NCBI RefSeq assembly: GCF_964188315.1
Contig: NC_135656.1
Location: 96,348,001 to 96,412,000, forward strand
Source: Podarcis muralis
Taxonomy: Eukaryota
Direction of reading: 5' to 3'
DNA length: 64,000 bases
Below the pieces are notes generated by a model. The model was not told the origin of the DNA, did no database searches, and worked only from the letters and a program-made list of their open reading frames with translations. Of the stretch, positions 11,960 to 24,021 are shown one piece after another. Each line of letters begins with the position of its first letter. Positions within the stretch are counted from its first letter, which is position 1. A program made the translations under genes and the position numbers.

Positions 11960-12659
11960 GTTTAGAGTGGTCTGAATGCAAGCAAAGACCTTAAAGTTAA
12001 GACATAGAACACAATGCTGCCAGCAGACAACTCCTTTGATTGAACAAATCTTACAGTATAATATATATTTTAATAGACTTCTACATATTTTTCTGTCTTT
12101 TAAATCTTATCTTTAAGTTTTAACGTTTTTAATTATTTCTGCTGCATTACTGAAGCAAGAATCATAGCACAAAATTCAGAGAAGTTCTGTAGTCTCTTGC
12201 ACTATGTTCCACACATGAGTTTGGGGTGTGTGACTAAGTTTGGTTCACTTTGATATGTGAACTAAATTAAATCCTTGTGTATCCATTATGCCTTTCCATG
12301 AAATGCTGCTTAATATGGCTAATGGTAAAATGTCAAACATTCAAAACATGCCGATGTGAATCAATATTCAAGGAAATCTAACTTAATTAAAGAGAGGTCT
12401 CTAATGTCACCCCGTGTGCCTAGCCTATTTTATACAAACCTTAGGAGTCTACTTATCCGCATGAGCATTATTAATGACTGTACGTAAATCGCATTTTGGC
12501 TGATTCTGCTTTTTCTTTAGACTCCCTCCACTGGAAAAAATACTACACCTGTGATTTTTGCCATTTATATATAGAACGGGAAGATGGATAATACACCTGC
12601 ATTAACAATGCAAGTGACTCTGGCATAAGATGTTTCAGCAATTATTAGAAATATTTATT

Positions 12660-12733
12660 TCAGAAATATGAGGCTCTGATTTTCCTGATCACATCCTCAA
12701 GATTTTTGTTCTGGGTGATTGCTCCTGAGTAAT
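12660..12733 (-). CDS. Possible terminal coding exon, (x)YSGAITQNKNLEDVIRKIRASYF*
   Basis: Acceptor ccatttccaaatag, open frame to TGA; product not recognised. Confidence 0.15.
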
Positions 12734-12930
12734 CTATTTGGAAATGGCCATCTTAACCATTTAGTCCTTGTGGAGAATCAACAAGTCCAAGATCAAACAC
12801 TGCATATATGTAAGGTAAATATAAGAACCAGAAGGTGAAATGTAGTATTATTGTGATTATAACTGGGTAACAAGTGAGAGGTGAAACAGTTATCTCTAAT
12901 TATAAGCTTAACTGTTACTTTTTATGGAAG

Positions 12931-12999
12931 TCTTTACGTGAGCAGCCTGCTGTTGCTACACTTAATAAGGAAAACCTTATAGGCCTTAGTTGTTCACAG
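12931..12999 (+). CDS. Possible internal exon, SLREQPAVATLNKENLIGLSCSQ
   Basis: Consensus donor CAG|gtaagt; weak AAG acceptor; 69 nt, phase 0-0; product not recognised. Confidence 0.2.
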
Positions 13000-13127
13000 G
13001 TAAGTCCTTGTCAATTTACATTTATACAAGATGGGGAAATACCCAAGTCAAGTTCTGATAGGCCAGACAATGAACATTCTGTTAGCTCTCACTGGCACAT
13101 AAATATAGGCCAATACACTGGCAGATA

Positions 13128-13363
13128 CAGTTGTACCTTGGAAGTCGAACGGAATCCATTCCGGAAGTCTGTTTGACTTCCAAAACGTTCAGAAACCAAA
13201 GCACGGCTTCTGATTGGCTGCAGGAAGGTCCTGCAGCCAATCAGAAGCCACGGAAGCCCCGCTGGACATTTGGGTGCCAAAGAGCATTCGAAAAGCAGAA
13301 CACTCACTTCTGGGTTTGCGGTGTTCGGGAGCCAAAAAGTCCGAGTACCAAGACGTACGAGTG
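13128..13363. mobile_element. Tc1/mariner MITE (family D)
   Basis: TA|CAGTTGTACCTTGG start; internal inverted CCAATCAGAAGC motifs; related copy in opposite orientation at 38740-38961. Confidence 0.75.
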
Positions 13364-13472
13364 AATAGAGGAGGTAGAAGGCTTTTGGTCAGGGTCCTCT
13401 GACTCATTCCTCCCATGACTCATTCCTTGTTGTAGATGGGCTACATAGACTCATTTTATAATCTTGGCTATA

Positions 13473-13714
13473 CAGTGGTACCTCGGGTTAAGTACTTAAT
13501 TCGTTCTGGAGGTCCGTTCTTAACCTGAAACTGTTCTTAACCTGAAGCACCACTTTAGCTAATGGGGCCTCCTGCTGCTGCCGCGCCGCCGGAGCATGAT
13601 TTCTGTTCTCATTCTGAAGCAAAGTTCTTAACCTGAAGCACTATTTCTGGGTTAGCGGAGTCTGTAACCTGAAGCGTATGTAACTTGAAGCGTATGCAAC
13701 CTGAGGTACCACTG
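13473..13714. mobile_element. Tc1/mariner MITE (family B)
   Basis: TA|CAGTGGTACCTCGGGTT...GAGGTACCACTG|TA. Confidence 0.95.
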
Positions 13715-14387
13715 TATGTAACTGCATCACTGTTTTTAATTTTGCTTTTTAACACTAGATACACTCCCAGTATAGTTCTGTTACTGTTTGCATGGTTATG
13801 TGATTAATTTATACATACGTTCATGATAAATTGCTACAAAATTATAAATAAATAAATAAATTGACACTCCCAACTGCCACAGAATAACAAAGCTAATCAT
13901 AAGGTAAATCAGTTTGTTGGACATCTGCTTTATTAATGCACACATACTAACACCCATCATTTTTTAATTATGGCATTTAGCAGTAACTAAAGCTCTCTGG
14001 GCGGTATGTGAAAAGGATCTAGGGATCTTAGTGGACCACAGGCTTAACCTGACTACACAGTGTGATGCAGCAACAAAAAAAAGCTAATGCTATTCTAGGT
14101 TGTGTCAACAGCAATATAGCATCCAGATCGCACCGCTCTATTCTGCTTTTTGAGTACTGTGTCCAGTTCTGAGCACCACAAGTTAAGGATATCAACAAGC
14201 TGGAATGTGTACAGAGGAGGGCACCCAATATGATAAAAGATCTGAAAACCAAGCCTTATGAGGAACGATTGAGGGAACTGGGTATGTTTAGCCTGGAAAA
14301 GAGGAGACTGAGAGGAGATATGATAGCCATCTTCAAGTATGTCTAGGAATGTCACATGGAAGATGGACTCAAACCAATGGATACAAG

Positions 14388-14534
14388 CAGCGCTTTTTTT
14401 CTGGGGGGTACGCAGGAGTACGCATACCCCTAAACATTTTGTGGATCTAAGTTTGGCCTCATTGAGGGGCACTATTTCAATATGAGTAGGAAAATGAAAG
14501 CACCCCTAAACATATTTTTAGGAGAAAAGCACTG
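14388..14534. mobile_element. hAT-type MITE in CR1
   Basis: CAGCGCTTTTT...AAAAGCACTG; perfect TSD GATACAAG. Confidence 0.9.
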
Positions 14535-14722
14535 GATACAAGTTACAAGAAAGGAGATTCTGACTAAACACTAGGAAGAACTGTCTGATGGTAAGAGCTT
14601 TCTGGCAGTGAAATGGACTCGCTGAGAAGGTGGCTGAGTCTCTTTTCATGGAGGTTTCTAAGCAGGCCATCTGTACTGGATGCTTAGTTGAGATTCCTGC
14701 ATTGCAGTGGGTTGGACTAGAT

Positions 14723-14858
14723 CAGTGTTTCCCAACCTTGGGCCTCCAGCTGTTTTTGAACTACAACTCCCATCATCCCTGACTAGCAAGACCAGTGGCA
14801 AGGGATGATGGGAATTGTAGTCCAAAAACAGCTGGAGGCCCAAGGTTGGGAAACACTG
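14723..14858. mobile_element. Hairpin hAT-type MITE in CR1 tail
   Basis: Long TIRs CAGTGTTTCCCAACCTTGGGCCTCCAGCTG; perfect TSD GACTAGAT. Confidence 0.95.
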
Positions 14859-15743
14859 GACTAGATGACCCTCAGGAGCCCTTCCAACTCTGCAATTCTG
14901 TGATTCTATGAATCAATTAAAAACTCATTCAAAACCACCATTCCCAAAAATCATACATCAACTACAGCAGAAGAATCCTATTAAACAATAAACCGTATCA
15001 AAACAGAGATTAACACACAAAGTCAGCAACAATGGTATGTTTTAAAACATAACCTAACATCCTGTATTGATTCAGTATCTGATGAGTGTTTGGGTGGTTC
15101 TGTTAGTCTTCAGGGTGTCATGCTTGGACAAGTATTAACTGAAACTCAAACATCTGGAAGCATTAGATGTTACACCACTTGCAAAATAAATAGTTATTAA
15201 TTTCTATTTAAATCAAGCTTGCTGAAGTTTTAGATTTCCTCGGAAGATAGCTTGTGCCAAAAGAAGTTGGTAGAGAGTACAAACTAATAATCTTATGGAA
15301 CAAGAGATGCTCTCTTGCAATTGTTTTTATTCATTACTTTACACCACCCATGCAATTTGCAACTCCCTTAGGGCAAGTAACATTCCACTTTCTCTGCTAG
15401 CTCTGTTCCTTTACCGCAAGTTACCTGTAGCAGACTATCCCCTGTTACTATAGTCACTGCAATGTCTCATTTACTAATCCTTTAAAGACCTGGTGTGGTT
15501 TAAAAGGAGATGCACAGCTGTTAAAGGGCTATCTACACTATTTTTTACTAATTGTTTTATCTACCAATCTTTTGGGGAGCAAGAATAGGGAATACATCAG
15601 AGGGGATTGGCAGGGGGAGGGAGAATGCCATGGTTCTGCATTGTAATTTATGAAACATAGCATCTATGGCAGGGGCGCCATCTTACCCTCAGGATTGTGG
15701 GTGCCCACCACTGCAACGCGGACGTGCGATGTCACACACATAG

Positions 15744-15900
15744 CAGTGGCGTAGCGTGGGTTGTCAGCACCCGGGGCAAGGCAAGTAATTTGCGCCCCCT
15801 AACCCGTGGATTTGCGCCCCCTAACCCGTGGATTTGCCCTAACCCCAGATGTTGCGTCCGGTGCGCCCGGGCCCCCCTGCACCCCCACGCTACGCCACTG
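15744..15900. mobile_element. GC-rich MITE with internal 22-bp tandem repeat
   Basis: 17-bp TIRs CAGTGGCGTAGCGTGGG / CCCACGCTACGCCACTG; 7-bp flank duplication CACATAG. Confidence 0.85.
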
Positions 15901-16341
15901 CACATAGTGTGGGTGACAGGCATGTGCACATGATGTCACACATCCGCGTTGCAGCAGCAGTGACTCCTCTTCCTCCTGTCCACAGCCAACGAGGCCCCCT
16001 TTTCCATGGAGAGGAGCTCTGCCTCTGCGCCACACCCCACAGAAACTGGCTAAACTGCTTCTCTCTCAGATGCCGCACCGCTGTCGTCTGCTAGCTTTTT
16101 TCATTGACTTTGTGGATGCCCGCCCCCACAATTATATTATTGCGGGTGCCCAAGCACCCACAGCCCCCTGGAGTTGGCTCCTATGATGTACAGTAACAGA
16201 TACAGTGAAGGGAGTCCAGTGGAAGCTGAGAAGGAAAGATAAGACAGCAGAAGAGATTGGCAGGACAAGGGGCCAATATCCCTCTCATACGAGTTCCAGG
16301 CACCAGTGCTGATTTTAAAGGAACAGTAATACCACAAAAAA

Positions 16342-16691
16342 GGGACGCGGGTGGCGCTGTGGGTTAAACCACAGAGCCTAGGACTTGCCAATCAGAAGGT
16401 CGGCGGTTCAAATCCCTATGACACAGTGAGCTCCTGTTGCTCGGTCCCTGCTCGTGCCAACCTAGCAGTTCGAAAGCACATCAAAGTGCAAGTAGATAAA
16501 TAGGTACCGCTCTGGCAGGAAGGTAAACGGCATTTCTGTGCACTGCTGTGGTTCGCCAGAAGAGGCTTAGTCATGCTGGCCACATGACCTGGAAGCCGTA
16601 CACCGGCTCCCTCGGCCAGTAAAGCGAGATGAGCGCCGCAACCCCAGAGTTGGTCACGACTGGACCTAATGGTCAGGGGTCCCTTTACCTT
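16342..16691 (+). mobile_element. Sauria SINE, near full length
   Basis: tRNA-like head GGGACGCGGGTGGCGCTGTGGGTT, B-box GGTTCAAATCC, Sauria body, ACCTTT-type tail. Confidence 0.95.
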
Positions 16692-16834
16692 ATTAATACC
16701 ACAGTGAAGCAATTGCTATTAGTGCCACAGGTACTGTATCACAAGTGCAAATTTTATGGGTTTGTTTTTATGCTCCATAATACAGTGCTTCTTGCAGTGC
16801 AACACAGGGCTAATGTTACTTAATACCGCACTAA

Positions 16835-17175
16835 CATATTCATAAATGGTTTGAGTTAGAGGTGAGCAGCAAGGTAGATGAGATAAACAAGTTTGCCAAT
16901 GGCACCAAATTGTGGTTAAAACAAAATGGATTGTGAGGTGGTACAAGCAAGTGTAAACCAATACACTTTGGGGCAAAAACCCTCCACCCCACCTTAATTT
17001 CATAGATACACTTCCCAACTGATGGTGTCTGGGATTGTAGTGGATAAGTCAACGTAGATGCGTGTCAGCTGTGAAAATGGCAAATCCCATCTTAAGTCTC
17101 ATTAGGAATGGGGTCAAAATTAAAACTGCCAATATCATAATGCCATTACACAAATCTGCGGTGCAAAGCATTGTT
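16835..17175 (+). mobile_element. Old CR1 RT fragment
   Basis: Degenerate IFIN..INKFA..TKL motif and ..IKIKTANIIMPL.KS.V region. Confidence 0.65.
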
Positions 17176-17337
17176 AGAGGCAGTAAGCCTCTGAATACCA
17201 TTTGCTGCAAACTTCCCAGGCCATATCCCATAGTGGTTTAACAATCAATACTTCTTCCCAGAGAACTCTGGAAATTGTGGCTGCGTAAGGGGAACAAGCA
17301 TTTCCTAACTCCTCTCAGCACACTTAACAGACTATAG

Positions 17338-17473
17338 CAGGCTTCCTCAAGCTCAGCCCTCCAGATGTTTTGAGACTTCAATTTCCATCATCCCTGATCA
17401 CTGGTCCTGCTAGCTAGGGATCATGGGAGTTGTAGACCAAAAACATCTGGCGGGCCGAGGTGGAGGAAGCCTG
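17338..17473. mobile_element. Hairpin hAT-type MITE
   Basis: CAGGCTTCCTC...GAGGAAGCCTG; perfect TSD GACTATAG. Confidence 0.95.
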
Positions 17474-18129
17474 GACTATAGCTTCCAGAAATGTTCAAGG
17501 GAAGCAGACTCTTAAAGTGGCGTCATAGTGCTTTAAATGTATAGTGCGAATGTGGCCTCAGCATCAGCTGGTAAAAGAAAGAAAGAAAATAAAGCCCTGA
17601 ATACACACATAATATTTAGCGAGTGGATTAACATGTCATTAGCACATCCCATAGCTGTGAATTAACATCCAGATGTTTAGGAATCTTTCTTTGAGATTCC
17701 TCAGTCCCTGTTCCACATCCTGTTCAAACATGTACTGTTGCCAAAGTTAACTTTGACCGAGTCAGCTTTATGAAAATTAAAACATGTTCCTTAGAGGAAA
17801 ACAAGCAAATTAAAAAAATCTACAGCACAGACTGCTGTTTCTAGTAATGGTGGAGGTTAGTTTGTTCAGCCTGTGCATTTTAAACTGTTTTGCAGAAATA
17901 TGGGGAAATGAAAATATTTCTGCTACTATCCCACCAAAATCTACCTTTCTGTGATTTAAGTCCCTTAGATGTAGTCCTGTCCTTGGGCGCGACAGATATT
18001 TTATTTTACTTTTGCTCCCTTATATGTAGCAGACCTCCTCTTACCATTTTCCATTCTGCAGGTGAAACATAGCCAGTTATATCATTCTATTTACTTATGT
18101 AATAATGTTTCTTCGCCTCTTGCATTAGA

Positions 18130-18265
18130 AAAAAATCTCAAAGTAATCCACATGGGACGTTGCCAGTGCATGGATCACTGTGGACAAACTCTCCCGACCC
18201 AGGAAAGGGCATGGTTGGTGCACCAGCCACAGGTGGTAACTGGCATTCTTGCAACCAAGGCCATT
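18130..18265 (-). mobile_element. L2 ORF2 fragment
   Basis: Minus-strand translation HLWLVHQPCPFLGRESLSTVIHALATSHVDY corresponds to the L2 motif ..LVHALVTSRLDYCN. Confidence 0.7.
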
Positions 18266-18605
18266 TATGCCTCAGGTGGCATCTTATTTATCCCTTCAGT
18301 TTTACCTAACGTTTTACCTAACGGCAAGGTATTCTTTTTAACTGCTAAAGGGAATAAACCAAACCCACACATCAGTATTTTTTCATACATACAAGGGCAA
18401 ACGTATACATACAAACTTTTGTTTCTAAACAGCATGTTTCATATGTTTGCAGAAATACTTTTTCCTGTGTGGTGGTGAAACTTTCTACTGGTGCCTTCAA
18501 TAAAGCACAAACTACCTATTTGTCAAGGGTGAAAATTATTATTATTTTCTTACAAAGCACTGTGGGCCCTGAGCTAATATTTCAGGGTAGGGGCAATGCA
18601 AAATA

Positions 18606-18839
18606 NNNNNNNNNNNNNNNNNNNNNNNNNNNNNNNNNNNNNNNNNNNNNNNNNNNNNNNNNNNNNNNNNNNNNNNNNNNNNNNNNNNNNNNNNNNNNNN
18701 NNNNNNNNNNNNNNNNNNNNNNNNNNNNNNNNNNNNNNNNNNNNNNNNNNNNNNNNNNNNNNNNNNNNNNNNNNNNNNNNNNNNNNNNNNNNNNNNNNNN
18801 NNNNNNNNNNNNNNNNNNNNNNNNNNNNNNNNNNNNNNN
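18606..18839. other. Assembly gap
   Basis: N run. Confidence 1.
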
Positions 18840-19097
18840 CAGCACTGGAGGTTTCCCCCCCATACCTAATTTCCAAAGGAAGGTGATCTCAGCCAATGGA
18901 AATCTCAGCACATGGGGAGAGAGGGATGAATCCTTCCCCATTCAGCTGCATCTCCACAAAGACTGCCTCCCCAAGAGGTGATTTTTGGAAGGAAGTTAAC
19001 CCACCACCCCCTCATGTGTTGTGATTCTGCTCGCCCCACAAGTTCTCCCTTCTCTAGCAATTAGGCTTGAAAAAAGGTCCATCATCTAGTCTTCCAG

Positions 19098-19144
19098 ATG
19101 ATAGCTTCATAGAATCTGGTGGGTATTACTTATTTCATAGATCT
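19098..19144 (+). CDS. Possible short internal exon, (x)DSFIESGGYYLFHRS
   Basis: Acceptor tagtcttccag, donor TCT|gtaagt; only one open frame (phase 1 to 0), compatible with the phase-0 candidate at 27290. Confidence 0.25.
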
Positions 19145-19333
19145 GTAAGTAGAACAGATTTGCCATCACAAACCTTGCCATTAACCAGCTGCCAGATCTA
19201 TTGGAAAAAAATCCTCCCATGCATAGGAAAGCACAAACACAAAATACAGCATGCTGGGATATAAAGGAAAGGCCTGCTTTAAGGATTGCTGCTCTGATTT
19301 CCAAACTCGGTATACAACTCTTTCCTAACTTAC

Positions 19334-19510
19334 CCTGAGAAGCCATTCTTTGGATCCAGCAAGCAGGCCTTCACTCTGACCCTGTGGTTCTGTTTCCAAT
19401 GGCCCAATTCCAGCATCTGCACTGTAAAGTCTCACTAAGCACTAGCTTCCACTGTCTGCTCTCGCTCCTACTGCCCACCCCTTAACCTCCGTTACTATAA
19501 GAGAGAACTT
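19334..19510 (-). other. Putative non-coding or 5'UTR exon
   Basis: Strong acceptor ctattttcgttttgcag and donor CAGG|gtaagt; stops in all three frames; late ATG (AAGAATGG; MASQ) just before the donor. Confidence 0.4.
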
Positions 19511-19613
19511 CTGCAAAACGAAAATAGATGACTAATGCATGCTGCTTTACAACCACAACAAAAAAACTCAGAAAACTCAGTGCTAGTAATTGTCCTTCAT
19601 TCTTACAATTAGC

Positions 19614-19958
19614 AGACCCTCCAAGTGTCCCTGTTTTCCAGGGACGTCCCCGATTTAAAGAAGCCATCCCGGTTTCTGATTTGATCCCAGAATGTCCCAC
19701 TTTTCCTTAAGATGTCCCTATTTTTGTTGGAGAAACACTGGAGGGTATGGAGTTATTCAACCCCTGAGCCTCCTGAAGCAATCCTGTATAGGGGAGGTTT
19801 TTAAAAAATTGTTTAATGTTTTATTATGTTTTTTATATATGTTGGAAACCGTCCAGAGTACCTGGGGCAACCCAGTAAGATGTGTGGGGTATAAATAGTA
19901 AAATTATCATTATGGAATGGGACGTCCCTATTTTCATGGGAGAAATGTTGGAGGGTAT
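19614..19958. mobile_element. Non-autonomous DNA-transposon-like element with embedded L2-like tail
   Basis: Repeated GTCCCTATTTT..GGAGGGTAT subterminal motifs; inverted ends ACCCTCCAA / TTGGAGGGT; L2-type 3' tail at about 19775-19905. Confidence 0.5.
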
Positions 19959-20329
19959 ACATTATACCTCAAAATATTCTTTTCAAAAGCACAAAGCCTT
20001 ATCTATTTGATCCTTGGACAAAGAAAGACTTGGAAACCCATATTAACAAAATAGTAAACCACATCATATTTTTTAAATGCCATTTCAGCTTTGGTGCATC
20101 TTTCTGTAATGCAAACTATCAGGTGTGCAAATATGATTTTTTAAAAAACCTAATTCAATATACTGTTTTTACCATTTTAAAAGCAGAGGTAATGCAGTGC
20201 AAATGTCTCCCTGTAAAAGGGCCTAACTACTTTCCTCCAATCCTACTTAATACAATTTCCCTCCCCCCCCCCCGCTGCCCCCCCCCCCAAATAAGCCCTC
20301 TATAAGACAGCAGTGCTTGCATATACCAT

Positions 20330-20510
20330 ACTGCTTGGTTTGCATCCTGGAAGTGTTTGAAAACAAGCAGATCATCATTGGACATTTATCTGCTCCAGCT
20401 GCAACAAAACATGTCTCTCCCATATAGCCACAGCAGGTGCTGCAACCTTCCAACAGTTTGACTTCACCCCCGCTGGTGCACTCCTCCACTGTCTCCAGAG
20501 TCAGATGGAT
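20330..20510 (+). mobile_element. RTE/BovB-like LINE 3' end
   Basis: Frame-shifted FICSSCNKTCLS../YSHSRCC corresponds to the RTE C-terminal C2H2-like motif (C..C....SRIGL.SH.R.C). Confidence 0.65.
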
Positions 20511-21616
20511 TCCAGCACATCTAACCAAGCATAACTCATAAAAGTATCACTAATATCTGTAGAGAAACACAGGCTTAATATTTCCTGTTTGGTTCACAGC
20601 TTTAACTTTTGTGGATTGGTTTTTGTGTGTGCTTGTTTCAGGTTGCAAACGCACCCACGTTTTTAGCAGAATTTTGAAATAATTTCTGCTGCTTGCCATG
20701 CATCCACACTCAGTGACCACAAATGGCTCTTTAAAGTCCCCCAATGCTGGAAAAGCAAAAATAAGTCAGAATTATTGTCACAATAATGTTTTAAAGGAAA
20801 CGTGCCACCTGTATGCACAAACTGCTCCCACCCCTGATTTTGACCACAACCTAATTGAAGAAGAGGGATGTGCTTTTAACAAAAGTGGCTCTGCTTCCTG
20901 ATGTGTTATAGGAAGAATGGAGGGGGAAATGCAGAAAAGGAACGGCTCTCTAAACCTCTGTGTGTGTTCAAAGTGATGGATGAAATGAGAATGTAAGGAT
21001 GAGAGACACTGGAAAACCATGAGCAAAGCTCTCTTCACACAAAAGCAGAGTGTGATTCATGCAGCCCGACAGACTTTTCAGTAAATGCACTCTGATTGTC
21101 CAGTTACGATAATCTGCAGCAATGTGGCTTATAAGTCTAAAGTTTAAATGCTTGCCCAGGATGCTACCTCAGCTCTGTTCTAGAGAGCTCACCTCTTCGA
21201 GAGGAAACCTGTAATGAGGCCATACTGAAGTCCCGGTTTGCCATACCAAACAAAAAACAGGCATGGCTGCTTCAGATGAAGAAGTAGAATGGGTTTTTGG
21301 AAGATGAACATATCCAATTTAAAAAAAACATTTTTTTCTTCTGTTTTCCACCAACCTGACTATTGATTCCCCTAGGTGCATGAGTAGCCTGTTGCTGTTG
21401 TCCTTGAACTCCCATATGCCAAATGGGGAGGGGGCAGGCAGAATTGTAGTCCTATCAAATCTGGAGGACACTGCATTGGCTACCTTTGCCATAGGTGATT
21501 TTAAAGGTGATTTCAACTGTGTCAGACCAGCACGGTTACCTACCTGAATTTAGAGGTCATGATCATTGTTACCATGCTTACGAGACACTGGGGTGGGGTG
21601 GGGTTATCTCCTAAAC

Positions 21617-21885
21617 AGGAGGGGATCTCTGGAGGGTAGGAATTGAACCAATGGCTTCAAGTAACAAGAAAAGAGGTTCAGACTAAACATCAGGCAAACC
21701 TTTCTGATAGTAAGAGCTGTTTGACAGTGGTATGGATTCCCTCGGAAAGTGGTGGACTTTCCTTCATTGGAAGTTCTTCAGCAGAGGTTGGGTGGCCATC
21801 TGTCATGGATGCTTTAGCTGAGATTCCTGCCTTGCAGGGGGTTGGAATGGATGCCCTATCAACCATGCAATTCCATGATTCTACA
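21617..21885 (+). mobile_element. CR1 3' end
   Basis: Aligns by eye to the CR1 3' parts at 2040-2630 and 14540-14911. Confidence 0.85.
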
Positions 21886-21987
21886 AAAAAGCATTTCCCT
21901 TCACCCCAAGCACTCTCAAAAAGTTGGCTGATCACCAAGGGCAATAGTATATACCAGGCATGTCCAACAGGTAGATCGCGATCTACT

Positions 21988-22294
21988 GGTAAAGGTAAAG
22001 GTAAAGGGACCCCTGACCGTTAGGTCCAGTCGTGGCCGACTCTGGGGTTGCGGCGCTCATCTCGCTTTATTGGCCGAGGGAGCTGGCGTACAGCTTCCGG
22101 GTCATGTGGCCAGCATGACTAAGCCTCTTCTGGCAAACCAGAGCAGCGCACGGAAACGCCGTTTACCTTCCCGCCGGAGCGGTACCTATTTATCTACTTG
22201 CACTTTGACGTGCTTTCGAACTCCTAGGTTGGCAGGAGCAGGGACGGAGCAACGGGAGCTCACCCTGTCGCGGGGATTCGAACCGCTAACCTTC
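21988..22294 (-). mobile_element. Sauria SINE, head missing
   Basis: (GGTAAA)n tail on the plus strand; reverse complement of the 16342 copy. Confidence 0.9.
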
Positions 22295-23898
22295 CAACCA
22301 TTGATCCATTTAGCTCAGTGCTGTCTACACGGGCTGGCAGGAGCTCTTCAAGGTTTCAGTATTGTTTTTCTAGCTCTCCCTGGGGGTGCCAGGAATTGAA
22401 ACTGGGGGTGCTTCTACATGCCTAGCATGTGCTCTGCCTCTGAATTGTTGCCTTTCGCATACAGTATCTCAAAAGACTCCATGCATCAGGGTGCCATCTT
22501 CTTTCCAGTCAGAAGCAATTATTCCATTTCAATTCGCTTTGCTGCCAAGTAAGTGAGTGTAATACTGCAGCTTCAGAAACCCAAATTCTATGAATTCACC
22601 ATGACCCAAATGCATTAAGTTCTGAAAATATCTTATCAGACTCGTTTTATGTTCATTAAAAAAAAGAAAGAATACGATTGAGTCCAATAATCTGTCAAAT
22701 GGTCACTTGGATCAATTGCAATTATTGTAACTGAAGCAAATACACAATAATTAAAATCAATTCACAAGCAGTCTGCACAGCGGGGCAAGGGGATGACACA
22801 CGAAAACAAATGGGAACATCAGAACCAAAATAAAAATACAGTGCAACTGCTTGGAGTTGGGGGTGGGAGGTCTTAAAACAGTGGCCATTGCAGATCTGAG
22901 TAACAAGTATTACAGCTGGTGGTGTTGAAGGGGCAGAAGATTTTTTTAAAAAGGAAGGAAGGAAGGAGGCTTAAAATGATATTGGGGGAATTGAAATGTA
23001 TTTAATAAGAAAATAATTGGGCATTACTATTTTATTGGGTTTTTGTATTTTAAGTACCATTTTACAGGCTCTTTTTGTTTTTTGTTTGCTGGAGAGGAGA
23101 ATGCATATCTGATCAAATTGTCTGGTGCATACTGTTTTGGGAGGTGGGCGCTCTTTTCAATGAAGATGTCTCCATCCCACCCCCCACCCCATATCCGCTG
23201 TGCCACAGACAGCAGCTTCTACATGCCCATCTCCATAGGTGCCAACTCCCTGGGGCCCTGGGTACCCAAGCACCCACAAAATTCCCCATGAAGGGGCTGG
23301 GCATCCCACAAATTTCAGGGCCAAGTTGGCACTCTTGCCCATCTCCCTTTCCATAGCAGAGCAGGAGTACATTGTAGATGGGGACTTGCATTCCTCTAGT
23401 CACCTCCCAGCTAGGAGAACCGATTGGAAAAGGAGCATTACTAGTAGCAAGAAGTCTCTTCTCTTTCGTAATTCCTGAGGTGGTGGTGGTAGTGGTGGTA
23501 GGAAATCACTCCTACTGTATATTCTCTCTTAAGCAACTCGACTGCTTCCGACCAACAGAGTTTTCAGGCCTTTAAAAATCCCCTTCACCTCCTTTAGCAT
23601 GACTAACCATGAAGAATCTCAGCTCTCCCTCAAAACCAAGACCTGGCTTCTTAAAATTAATTGCCATGGTTGCTCATTTGAAGCATGTGGGAATTTCCTC
23701 AACCCAGAAATAGCTGCAGGCCCCCCAATATACACCTAGTGCTTCTCCACCCACAAAGGGGACCGCCATTCACCTCTACATACATAGTGCAGACCACAAT
23801 ACTGAAATTAATTGCAGCTTTGGTGCTGTAAGAAAAAAAGTGATACTTAAATGAACAGGACAACCTGCATGCACGTTTTGAGGCTGCAGTGTCTAGAT

Positions 23899-24021
23899 CA
23901 GGCATAGGCAAACTCGGCCCTCCAGATGTTTTGGGACTACAACTCCCATCATCCCTAGCTAACAGGGATGATGGGCGTTGTAGTCCCAAAACATCTGGAG
24001 GGCCGAGTTTGCCTATGCCTG
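23899..24021. mobile_element. Hairpin hAT-type MITE
   Basis: CAGGCATAGGCAAACTCGGCCCTCCAGATG TIRs; perfect TSD GTCTAGAT. Confidence 0.95.

Larger units (their letters stand above)
13995..14911 (+). mobile_element. CR1 LINE 3' fragment with two nested hAT MITEs
   Basis: [43 protein letters not shown] signature; ends in (ATTCT)-like CR1 tail. Confidence 0.9.

Noticed and set aside
16342-16420. tRNA-like A/B boxes as tRNA genes (also 11406, 40545, 43630)
   Set aside because: SINE heads that continue into SINE bodies; no full cloverleaf.
18469-18981. Long ORFs spanning N runs (also 6109-6381 and 41923-42478)
   Set aside because: Artefacts of translating assembly gaps.
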